In this document: one piece after another, positions 23,793 through 34,787 of the stretch
How positions within the stretch are numbered: position 1 is the first letter of the stretch
Layout: every line of letters begins with the position of its first letter
Source: Mustelus asterias
Taxonomy: Eukaryota
Reading direction: 5' to 3'
Assembly (NCBI RefSeq): GCF_964213995.1
Contig: NW_027590122.1
Span: forward strand, 1,798,001 to 1,862,000
Length of the DNA: 64,000 nt
Made by a program: the position numbers and the translations under genes
The notes under the pieces: model-generated
The model's input: the letters and a program-made list of their open reading frames with translations, nothing else
Databases searched by the model: none
What the model was told of the DNA's origin: nothing

Positions 23793-24772
23793 TGTGACGG
23801 CACGAAGACTGGGGTTAGAGTGACAATCAATCAAATTAGGAACTAAATACAGAAACCCAAGTTTACAGTCCCTCTCCAATCTGCCAGACAGTAGGAGATG
23901 GGAATTAGTGAAGAACGAGAGTGTCCACATAGCAGTGCGTTATAATCCAGGTCAGAAACTCCAAGGTGTTTTATGAAGTCATCCCAGATCATAAGCTTTG
24001 CATTTTGACTTTGGCACGGGTAAGCATGAGATGTTTCACTCCAGGTATGATTCAAGTGAGCCACTGGGGAGCTTTTATCAAACAAAGTTTATTTAAAAAT
24101 ACAATTAACACATAGAAAGAAACTTAGCAAGAGCTTTTACCAATTACAAACAAGAAAAAAACCATGATATTGTGTAAACATTAACAGCTCAATGTCCTGT
24201 TCCAACACAACATTCTTATCAACATACACACATGGTTTTGGTTTAGCACAGAAAATGCGGATGCTCACGTGATTTTGCAGCTCTGCAACACCTGCTGTGA
24301 ATTAGTGCTTTGGATGGAGAATTGAAATGCTGACTTCCCCATCCTGTAGCTCCCAGCACCCTCGAGGTAGAGATAGAGCCACTGCTTGCCTCTAGCTAGC
24401 AAACCACTAATTGCAAAATTTTCACTCCAGAAAAGCAAGAAAGACTGCTTCCATCGAGCCAGCAGAATTTCTAATACCAGGGAGAGACACAGAAATACTG
24501 CTTTTCAGTCTGGGATCTAACAGCTTCTACCTAAAAGTGAATCCTTGGATTCCTCTGTGAAGGAACCACCTGACCTTGACCTGTCAATCAATCTTCCCAC
24601 AACAATTCAAAAGGGACATAAACTCGTAAAACTCCAGGACATTCCATTCAGCCCAAATTACAGATAAACAAAAAGGCCCATTGTGCTTTCATCAGACATC
24701 ACGGCAACAATACAAAAACCCCCCAGAGAATCAGGATTAAAATACCTTCCTTAAATGCACAGTAGTATCACA
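23793..24772 (-). mobile_element. Probable solo LTR
   Basis: ~980 bp bounded by TGTGA...TCACA with an AATAAA on the minus strand (~24087). No clean TSD seen. Confidence 0.45.
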
Positions 24773-24917
24773 AGTGATCACTGCAGAATTGACTTCACTG
24801 TAACGTGAGCTCACTGGTGTCTCAGGAAGGTGAGATGCCTGAATCAATCCTGTTTGTAATTTCAGGATTGCATTCTCATGGATATTCCAGATCATGTATT
24901 TTATTTATGGTGGCATT

Positions 24918-25230
24918 TTGATTTGATTTATTATTGTTACATGTATTAGTATACAGTGAAAAGTATTGTTTCTTGCACGCTATACAAAGCATACCGTTCA
25001 TAGAGAAGGAAATGAGAGATTGCAGAATGTAGTGTTACAGTCATAGCTAGGGTGTGGAGAAAAATCAACTTAGTGTGAGATAGGTCCATTCAAAAGTCTG
25101 ATGGCAGCATGGAAAATGCTATTCTTATATCAGTTGGTACGTGACCTCAGACTTTTGTATCCTTTTTTCCAATGGATGAAAGGGAAGAGAATGTCCAGGA
25201 TGTGTGGGGTCCTTAATTATGCTGCTTGCT
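24918..25230 (-). mobile_element. Rex1/Babar-type LINE 3' end
   Basis: TTTGATTTGATTTATT tail; rc similarity to 18200-18499. Confidence 0.7.
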
Positions 25231-25254
25231 GCAGCTCCTTCCTTTTCAGAAGTT

Positions 25255-26380
25255 TATAAGGAACAGGAGCAGGAGTCGACATTTCACCCACCGGGGTTGC
25301 TCTGCCATTCAATGAGATTGTGGCTGATCAGATTATGGCTGATTGCAGCCTGAACTCCACATTCCTGCCTCGCTCCTGTTCCCTCAACTCCCTTTTGATC
25401 AACGCTCTGTGTAACTCAGCCTTGAATATATTCAATGATCCAGCTCCAGTGCTCTCCAAGGAGAGAGAATTCCAAAGTGAATGAGAAGAAATTCCTCCTC
25501 ACCTCCCTTATTATTAAACTCAGCCTCCAGTTTGAGATTTCCATGAGGGGAAACATCCTCTCAGCATCCAACCTGTCGAGCCCCCCCATGAATTTTAGGT
25601 TTCAATAAGATCATCTCTCAATCTTCGAAACTCTGTGTGCGGACCCAACCTTTCCTCATAAAGTAACCCCTTCATCCCAGGAATCAGCCCAGTGAATCTT
25701 CTCTGAACTGCTTCCAACACAATTGTATTTTGTGTCTTTCACTGAAAACAGGACAAATATTTTGTTCAGAGTCTGGGCCATTTCCTTCATTCCCATGATT
25801 GTTCAGTCTTACCTGCTGAGGGACCAATCCTCACTTCAGCTGCCCTTTCCTATTTCATAAACTTGGAGAAATTTTGTGAGAGATGTTTCCTGTGAGTTTC
25901 CCCTCAAACTCCATTTTCCAAGACATTCAATGATCTTAGAGAGGTAGGGAAGTTGGAGATGGGGCGCTAGTTTGCACAAACGGTGGGATCAAGAGCTGGT
26001 TCATTGAAGAGGAGGCTGATGTTGGCAGTTTTGCAGAGTGACAGGACCCGAGGCAAGGGAACAATTAAAACAATCAGCTCACACGGGGAAGGTGATGGTC
26101 AGCAACTTAGTGAGAATAGAGTGAAGGGAGCAGAGGGTGAGTCTCACGGAGAAGGGGAGCTTTGGAGGGGATGAGAGGAGATAGGAGAAAAACTAAAGAA
26201 AGAGGCAAGTTTAAGGCTCAAGGAACGAGGAGCTTTTAGAGACAGTTTGGCTCCATGGGCCAGTGGAAGGGAGTGAATCAGCAGAAGCAGCTGATCAGAT
26301 TGTCTCAATCTTAGTGACAAAGAAGCTCCATGAGCTCCTCACACTTGTTGGAGGAGATGGGGGAGGGAGAGAATTTCAAA
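25255..26380 (-). mobile_element. Old CR1/L2-group LINE fragments
   Basis: rc CR1-type 3' tail (GGAGCAGGAGT...GAGATTGTGGCTGATC), then degraded RT-like sequence. Confidence 0.5.
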
Positions 26381-26569
26381 AGGAACTAACTTATGTTGGT
26401 GACAGTAAAAGGACTTGTCACACTGTGTTTAACACAAAGCTGATTTATTTATCCTTTACCCAGAATATTAACCTCCACCTGAAGTGGAGTTTATTAACAT
26501 CATCAGAAACAGACCCAAGAACATAGTTCAGTCCTGGATGTTATTAACAGAAGAATCAAATCACAGTAA

Positions 26570-26811
26570 TTACATGTGAACTCTCAGGTATGTCAACAGG
26601 TTGGGCAAACAGATAAATCCCTTCCTACACGCTGAGCAGGTGAACAGCCTCTCCCCAGCATCAGTGTGCTGGTTTACAGTGAGTTGAGCTGAACCCAGTC
26701 CCAGAGTGAGAGGACCAGAACAGTCTCTTGTCAGTGTGAACTCGTTGTTGGGATATTAGTTCCTCCAATCGTCTACAGCATTTCCTGGAATTGAGCATTC
26801 AAACAGGTTTC
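26570..26811 (-). pseudogene. Decayed 3' fingers of the 28350-28910 ZNF gene
   Basis: rc shows ~3 degenerate fingers (QQRVHTDKRLF..., GERLFTCSACRKGFICLPNLLTYLRVHM*) followed by the family 3' UTR. Confidence 0.75.
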
Positions 26812-28357
26812 AGATCAGTGATCGGTTCCAGCTTAATTTCAGACTCAGTGAAACAAAAATAAGACGTTTTAGTTGTTCAATTAAACAACAGCCTGTTCCA
26901 TTTGATTACTACCAAAAGCCTGTCTATATTCGTAGAAAGGAGGTTCGATCTATATTTTCATTTGGAATTCGTGGGGATTTTTCTTCTGATCGCAATGCAT
27001 TGCTGGGCGTGATCAATGATCCAATCCAAAGTACGCATGAAATGGGGATGCCTGTTTCTCAAAATCCTCCACCTATTATAGTTAATAGGGGGAGAACATA
27101 CATCGACAACCCTGCAAAGCCCAGTGTATACAATGTTGTTTCAAGACACATATGTAATCTGATTGTAAATTCAAAGGAGACAAAATGGATGCCAGTCATT
27201 TGGAAAACATACTTCCTCGGTGTGATTCGTACATGAGTGCAATAATGAACCCTGGCCAACGATTTCAAAAAGTCCACACCACAAATTACGAGTATCAGAT
27301 ATCCAGTAAAGCAACCCCCAAAGAGGTCTTCAAAGTTTGCCATCTGTGCAAGCACTTCAGCAAAGCGCATATTCATACTTAGAAAGGACATCACCAATAA
27401 CTCTATCAGATGCATCACCCACCACCAGAGTTTCAACCGGCCAGGAAAAGTACAAGCTGTTGGCTCAAACATCATCCATCGAGAGCATGCCGAAAGAAAA
27501 AGGAGTTTATCTCCAGAAGTATTGCCTGCACTCACTCCCAGGACAGGTTGCAAGTACAGAATAATAATGACTCCCGTACAACATCGGATGAGTGCTGGAC
27601 ACTTCTCAGCTTGGGAGGCAGGAAACGATGAAATCCTATACTACATGCAGAAGACCAGTGGTGGTGATATCTAAGGATAAGGCAGTTGCTCCAACACCTC
27701 ATCAAGAAGATCCAATCCAAATTAGCAGACATAAGATGCATGAAACCTGGCTGTCTATTTCTCGAAATCCTCCACCTCATGCACCATCCACCACCACAGT
27801 TTCAACCGGCCAGGGAAAGCGCAAGCGTTTGGATGAAACACCATCCATCGAGAGCATTCCGAAAAGAAAAATGAGTTTATCTCCAAAAATATTGCCATCA
27901 CTCACTCCCAGGACAGGTTGCAAGTACAGAATAACAAAGATTCCCGGACAACATCGGATGAGTGCTGGTCACTTCTCAGCTTGGGAGGCAGGAAACGATG
28001 AAATCCTATACTACATGCAGAAGACCAGTGGTGGTGATGACCAATCTGAGGATAAGGCAGTTGCTCCAACACCTCATCAAGAAGTTCCAATCCAAAGTAC
28101 ACATGAAATGGGGATGCCTGTTTCTGGAAATCCTCCACCTGATGCACCACCCACCACCAGAGTTTCAACCGGCCAGGAAAAGCGCAAGCTGTTGGCTCAA
28201 ACACCATCCATCGAGAGCATTCCAAAAAGGTTTGGTTCTGCCTTTCAATTATCCTAATGAACAATGTTTGCATCTTCATAGCTGCTGACAGATAAAGTTG
28301 ATAAAATACACATTCAGTTGCCTACAACAGTTAATAAACATTTGCAATACTAAAACA
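26812..28357 (+). pseudogene. Processed retrocopy of an unidentified gene encoding a ~120-aa internal repeat
   Basis: TSD AAACAGGTTTC at 26801-26811 and 28358-28368; stop at 28255-28257; AATAAA at 28333 then an A-rich tail; ~365-nt repeats starting ~27409, 27778 and 28141. Confidence 0.75.
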
Positions 28358-28910
28358 AAACAGGTTTCTCATCAGTGTGACTGCGCTGGTGTTTCCGCAG
28401 GTTGGCTAACCGAGTGAATCCTTTCTCACACTCTGGGCAGGTGAATGGCTTCTCCCCAGTGTGAACTCGCTCATGTGCCAGCAGGTTCGATGAGTGAGTG
28501 AATCCCATCCCGCAGTCAGAGCAGAGGAACGGCCTCTCTCCGGTATGAACTCTCCGGTGGTTCAGCAGGTTGTATGAATGAGTGAATCGCTTTCCACAGT
28601 CAGAGCAAATGAATGGCCTCTCCCCGGTGTGAATTCGCTGATGAGTCACCAGACTGGATAACTGAGTGAATCCCTTCCCACACACGGGACAGGTGAACTG
28701 TCGCTCCCCAGTGTGATTTCGCCCATGAGCTTTCAGTTCAAATGAGTAACTGAATCCCTTCCCACAGTCCCCACACTTATAGGGTCTTTCTCCAGAGTGA
28801 ACGTGCTTGTGTTTCAACAGGCCAGATGATCGGCTGTAGCCTTGTCCACACTCAGAGCACGTGTACGGTTTCTCCCCACTCTTAACAGTGCTTTTACCTT
28901 CCATGTTCAA
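28350..28910 (-). CDS. C2H2 zinc-finger protein, 6 fingers, truncated by the retrocopy
   Basis: ORF 186 aa MNMEGKST..., 6 intact fingers; the stop codon is supplied by the insert. Confidence 0.8.
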   Translation of the reverse strand: MNMEGKSTVKSGEKPYTCSECGQGYSRSSGLLKHKHVHSGERPYKCGDCGKGFSYSFELKAHGRNHTGERQFTCPVCGKGFTQLSSLVTHQRIHTGERPFICSDCGKRFTHSYNLLNHRRVHTGERPFLCSDCGMGFTHSSNLLAHERVHTGEKPFTCPECEKGFTRLANLRKHQRSHTDEKPVLF

Positions 28911-29759
28911 ATTTTGATGATACTGAAGTTCTGATGAATTGGGTGACTCTCAGATCCTGATGTGATGTTCAAATTTCCCAACTGCAAATCCTCCACTTCC
29001 AATACCCTGTGAAATTGATTTAAAACAGAAAAAAAGGGAGTGAGAGAGAACCCACTAAATACAAAGGCAAAGTGTGAAATTGAGCTGAATGAATCAGGTA
29101 ATTTGTGGAGCTGGCACTAGGAAAAGATGACCATGAAAAGTGCTGGATTGTCATGAAAACCCAACTAGTGTTCTTCAGGCGAGGAAACCTGCCCATACAG
29201 TCTGGGTCTACACCAGGTCTGAACCAACACAAGACTCTGGGATCAATGAGGGGAGCAAGGAAGAGAAAGATAGTGAGGTGGGAATGGGAAGTATTGAAGG
29301 AGAGGATTTTATATATCTCCAACCCGACCCGAGCTTTGATGGAACATCCAAACCTTTAGTTCAGCCACCTAAAAGGTCCAGAGCAGCGTGTGTGTGTGAA
29401 CATGAACACCTCCAATTCCCCTCCAAGTAACACACCATCCTCTCATGTATGACATCCAGTGCTCGTTGAGCAGAAATGTCCTCCAATTCAATACTGGGAA
29501 GAGGAAAGCCACTGTCTTCAGTGCTTGCAACAAAATCCACTCCCCACCTACTCTCTCTGCTGTAACTCTTTGAGGCTGAACCAGACAGTTCATAATCTGG
29601 TTGTCAAATTTTATCCCAAGCTGAGGCTCTGATTATATATCACTAAGATTAATATATTAACACCTACAACAAAGATGGAGCTATTTTGCAATTCAGCAGA
29701 AACAGACCCAAATGAATATGGTTCAGTCTGAATATGATCACAGCAAAATCCAATCACTG

Positions 29760-30110
29760 CAGTTAGTTGGAATTTGTTGGTGTTTTCACAGTCTGGATGA
29801 GGTAATGTATCCCTTCCCACAATAGGAACAGGTGAACCACCTCTCCCCCGTGTGACTGCATTGATGAGTTTCCAACTTGGATGAATCTTTGAGTCCCTTC
29901 CCCCAGTCCCCACATTCCCATGCCATCTCCCTGTTGGGACGATAATTATGTTCTGGAAGGCCAGATGATTGGTTGAAATCTTAACCACACACGGTGTTCT
30001 TCCCTTCTATATTAAAAATACAATGGTATTCAGACTACAGTAAATTGGCCAACTCCATGATATTCTCCTGTGATATTTGGTTTCAAATCCTCCCTTCTAA
30101 AATCCTGTGC
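29760..30110 (-). pseudogene. Short degenerate ZNF exon
   Basis: rc ECGDWGKGLKDSSKLETHQCSHTGERWFTCSYCGKG..., with family flanks. Confidence 0.65.
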
Positions 30111-30169
30111 TTTCTTTTGGACAAGTTGTCTCATTCTGAACAATGGGGAACAAGCTCCTCCCACTCATT

Positions 30170-30700
30170 GACAACATTGCCCCTTACAAAGATGGCGGCA
30201 GCGTCAGACGCACATGCGCAGATCTTTGTTATTAACATTCCCACCTACAAAATGGCGGCAGTCAGCTCACTCCCAACGCTTCACGTTACGGCTCCATTTG
30301 GAACAAACCGGGGGGACCGAGACGTTGTTTTGCAAGGTTTGGATTTGAATAACATGTTTACGAAGCCTTTCCACCCACCTGCCAGATTCACCGCTCTCTG
30401 CGCACCGCCTTTTACTTCCAATTGATCTCGGATCCGAGTAAAAACCATCCGCCCATCCCCATGACCCGCACTGCGCATGCTGAAAATCCCGCCCCTCATT
30501 CACTCCGATTGGTTGGAGGACCAGCCGCTCCTGCTCGGTCCTCCAGCTCCGCCCCCTCTTCCTATTGGTCCGAAGCTTCCGTCAATCATTCTCTGGGCAT
30601 TGTGACATTGAGCATGCGCAGTGCAGCTCATGTCCAGGGACAGACGCTTGTTTGTCTCATCTTCAGGCGGATAAGCGGAGGCAGCGTTCGGTGGGGGTGG
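30170..30700. promoter_or_regulatory. ZNF-family promoter
   Basis: YY1-type AAGATGGCGGC/AAAATGGCGGC, NRF1-type GCGCATGC motifs, GC boxes and paired CCAAT; homologous to 34080-34570 and the rc of 40390-40790. Confidence 0.65.
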
Positions 30701-31059
30701 GGAGGTGACATACACACACCCAGGGGAAGCTTCAACATTCAGGACAAACCCCATTCATCAGGACCTGAATATTATCAGCCTTTGAGTTTAAGTGTTGAGT
30801 TCCAGCTCATTACACTTACTGTATAAAAAAAACTTCATTTCCCCTTCTGTCTCTTCCCAAAATCTTAATTCTGTGTCCCTTTTGTAAGATAAATACACAC
30901 ATGAGGGAGAAAGGAATAGAAGGATATGCTGATGGGGCAGATGAAGAGTGGTAAGTGGAGGCTCACGTGGAGTATAAATACTGACACACACTGATTGAGC
31001 CGACTGGCCCGGCCCTGTGCTGTACTCAATGGCACAGAGACAAATGCATTTACTTTAGT

Positions 31060-31618
31060 TCCAAGCAGTAGGAGATGCAGAATCTATCAAATAAATTCAG
31101 CTCAGAATTAAGGGTAATGTTGTTGTGATCTAAGTTAAAAGGGTATGGAGCAGCCACAGCATCTCGGCTACAATGAACATTCATCTTCTGAAAGTCCTTG
31201 TGTGGCCGGTGACAATGTGTGTCTGTGAAAGCTGGACTGTCAATAAGAGTGATGAGCCGCCATTAAAAGTGTTTGAAATGAAAGGACTCAGACGGATATT
31301 GCCACGAACGGCAAAGTGGATGAATGAGTGCTGGAGAAAGCTGGTGTTCACAGGAACTTGTCTGAGGCTCTCACATCCAGGAAGCTCACCTATTTTGGAC
31401 ATGTGTTGTGAATAGGGAGGGAGTGTTTGGAAAAAGAGGCAACGTGAGACAAATCACCTGGAAAATGTGCACAAGGAAGGCCCGAGATGGATGGATAATA
31501 TCAGAATGTGGACCGGCCTCTCGATGGGACAGGCAGTGAGAGCAGCTGAGAAATCAGTGGACAAAGACTGTTCAGAGCGCGGCCAACCCTCAGAACGAGG
31601 ACGGATAAAAGACAAGAT
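31060..31618 (+). mobile_element. RTE-clade LINE 3' fragment
   Basis: LLKVLVWPVTMCVCESWTVNKSDE..LKVFEMKGLRRIL and RWMDNIRMWTGLS, typical of the RTE RT C-terminus. Confidence 0.8.
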
Positions 31619-31872
31619 ACCTGTAGCGGTAAGAAAAAGACTATTTACTATCCAGTATAAAGTTAATATACTACATCTGCTTTTGTGGATCATTTCAGTG
31701 GAAATGTGCCCTCGCTCAAAGGGAATCAGCCACTGGAATGAAAATTGAGAGACCAGCCAGTCCAGCAGCAAGAAACCCTCTGACCCTCCCACTTCACCAA
31801 CAGTCAGAATAAAAATGGTTCAGTCCCGGATGTGATTAACAGCAGCAATAACAGCAAATCCAACCATTGTAA

Positions 31873-32547
31873 TCATTTGTGAACTCCCTGATGTCTCAGC
31901 AGGCTGGTTGACTGGGTGAATCCCTTCCCACAGTCAGAACAGATGAACGGCTTTTCCCCAGTGTGAACTCGCTGGTGTTTCAGCAGGTGGGATGATCGAG
32001 TGAATCCTGTCCCACACACAGAACAGGTGAATGGCCTCTCTCCGGTGTGAACTCGACGGTGTCTCAACAGATGGGATGACCGAGCGAATCCCTGCCCACA
32101 GGTCGAACAGGTGAATGGCTTCTCCCCAGTGTGAACTCGCTGGTGTGTCAGAAGGCTGGATAACTGACTAAATCGCTTCCCACATGCAGAGCAGATGAAG
32201 GGTTTCTCCCCAGTGTGAACTCGCCGGTGTCTCAGGAGGCTTGATGAATTAATGAATCCCTTCCCACAGTCGGAGCAGCTGAATGGACTCTCCCCGTTAT
32301 GAACTCGCTGGTGTGCCAGCAGGGTGGATGAATTTCTGCATCCTTTCCCACACATGGAGCAGGTGAAGGGACTCTCCCCAGAATGAACTCGCTGGTGTGT
32401 CAGCAAGTTTGATGAATTAGCAAATCCCTTCCCACACTGGAAGCAAGTGAACGGTCTCTCCCTGGTGTGACTGCGCCTGTGAATTTCCAGATGAGATGGG
32501 GAAGTGAATCTCTTCTCACAATCTGCACATTTCCACGGTTTCCCCAT
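31873..32547 (-). CDS. C2H2 zinc-finger protein, 8 fingers
   Basis: ORF 224 aa MGKPWKC...HQGVHK; ACCATGG start; family acceptor at ~32700. Confidence 0.9.
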   Translation of the reverse strand: MGKPWKCADCEKRFTSPSHLEIHRRSHTRERPFTCFQCGKGFANSSNLLTHQRVHSGESPFTCSMCGKGCRNSSTLLAHQRVHNGESPFSCSDCGKGFINSSSLLRHRRVHTGEKPFICSACGKRFSQLSSLLTHQRVHTGEKPFTCSTCGQGFARSSHLLRHRRVHTGERPFTCSVCGTGFTRSSHLLKHQRVHTGEKPFICSDCGKGFTQSTSLLRHQGVHK

Positions 32548-34079
32548 GGTATGGCTGTCTGTGTCTCGGTGCTTTTGTAGTCACACTGATGGTAACTGGG
32601 CGATGGCTCCCTGCGTCCAAATGAATTGAGTGACACTGTCAGATCTTGATGTGAAGTTTAGTTTGAGATTTCTTGTGGCAAATCCTCTCCTTTTAATATC
32701 CTGTAAAAGGAGTTTACAAATGTCATCACAGTCAGTACAGCTCAGAAACTCAGAACAGACAATTCTAGTTGCTGTGAAACATTCTTTCCTCTCTCATTCC
32801 CCAAAACCTGTAAGTAACTACCCCTTGCTCCATTCCCCCCACCTCCCCTGCAACACACACTCTCCCTCTATTCTCACTCTGCTGTATCTAATATTCACCC
32901 TCCCAATTCTCCTCAAGGTGCTAATCCATGTTGACACTCACCATTTCTTGTTTTCGACCAAGCAACAAGATCCTATGAAACAGGAGAAGGAGTAGGACAT
33001 TCAGCCCACCAAGTCTGCTGTTCAATTTCATAAGATCCTGGCTAATCTGATTGTGATTTTGGCTTCATTTTCTTCCTGTCACCCATAACCCTTGACCCTA
33101 TATTTAATGATGCACCTCCATTGCTCTCGAGGGAAGAGAACTGCAAAGATTAATGACCCATTAATTGACAGACCAGATGATTGACTGAAGCCTTGGCCAC
33201 ACACAGAAACGTGTCCAAATGGCCTCCTGCACTGTCGGCATTCTATGATTCTAAGATAAAGCTGCTAAACCAGCAGCATAACTAAAATACAGCCATTATT
33301 AGAGGCAGAGGAAGTTAGACAATGACTGAGAGGTGATCAGGGAGGGCAGAGGTGAAGCAGAGCAATGAATGGACATGGATTCAGATCCACAGTAAAGGAG
33401 TCAGACCAGCCCAAGAGATGTGGAACCAGAGCACAGATAACAGAGCACATCATTTAAAACTCTAAATTGTGGGTGAATGGTCACAAACACTCACCTCTGA
33501 AACAATTTAACTGATTTTAATATTAAAATCTCCTGCTGGAGCCTGCAGCTGGAAAGATATCAGAAGCATTGGCATCAGAGAAAAATCTCCCAGTTGAGGA
33601 AATCCCTGGGGAGTGGGGGTGATGTCACTGTGCAATTGTAAGTATGTGATGAGATCACAGACAGGAACACAGAATACCTGGGTCTGTGCAAACCAGTGAT
33701 CACCACACATTATGGAGGATGTGAGGCTCCTTGACAGGGTGCAGAGGAGATTTATCAAAATGGTTCCAGGGATGAGGAATTATAGTTACAATGTTAGGCT
33801 GGATAACTTGGGGTTGTTCTCCTTGGAGCAAAGTAGATTGATAGAGGTGTACAAGGGTACATGGAGATGTCAAAGTTTACATGCTCTGTTTACACGTGTA
33901 CAAGCTCTGTCTATGGGTCATCCAGTCTCAAAACATTGGTTCTATTCTCTCTCCACAGATGCTGTCAGATCTGCTGAGATTTTCCAGCATTTACTGTTTT
34001 TATTTCCCTTTCTTTTCTCCTTCTCTGTCACCGTTCTGTCTCATCAATAAGACATTGGGACTCAGAGGGTTGATACAGT

Positions 34080-34570
34080 TTGATGGACAAGTTGTCTCCA
34101 TTCTGAACAATGGGGAACAAGCTCCTCCCAATGATAGACAATATTGCCCTCTACAAACATGGCGGCCGCACATGCGCACTGCTGTATATTGCCCCCAATA
34201 AAGATGGCGAACGTTAACCCGGGACGAACATGAGGAGCTGCAGCCCTGCTCGGTACAAACTGGGTCCGGGAAGCTCTCTTCCGCGGTTTGCGGCTTACAC
34301 AACATGCTTACGCAGCGTTTCCACCAACCTGGACGATCCATTGCTCTCTCCGTACCGCCAATCACCTCTAACAGATTTCCGAGCCCAAAACAAAAGCCGC
34401 TTTCCATTGCCATTACTCACACTGCGCATGCTCGAGTCAAAGCTGGCCCCGCCCCTCATTCGCTCCTATTGGTTCGATGACCGACCGCTCCAGGTCGGTC
34501 CTCCAGCACTGCCCCCTCTTCCCATTGGTCCACGCTGCCGTCAATCAGCCGGGCATTGTGACGGTGACTT
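34080..34570. promoter_or_regulatory. ZNF-family promoter
   Basis: AACATGGCGGC/AAGATGGCG, ACTGCGCATGC, GC box and two ATTGG boxes. Confidence 0.6.
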
Positions 34571-34604
34571 GCTGCTTGTCCAATAATCACAGTGACAGAA
34601 TCTC

Positions 34605-34787
34605 AGTGTAACAATGACACACACAGGCTCCAATACAATCAGAGTGGGGATGGAGCACAGAGACAACACAGCAAAGCACTGACTTACTCTGAGTGTAACA
34701 ATGACACACACAGGCTCCAATACAATCAGAGTGGGGATGGAGCACAGAGACAACACAGCAAACACTGACTTACTCTGAGTGTAACAA
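34605..34787. repeat. ~87-bp tandem duplication (2 copies)
   Basis: AGTGTAACAATGACACACACAGGCTCC... at 34605 and 34692. Confidence 0.85.
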
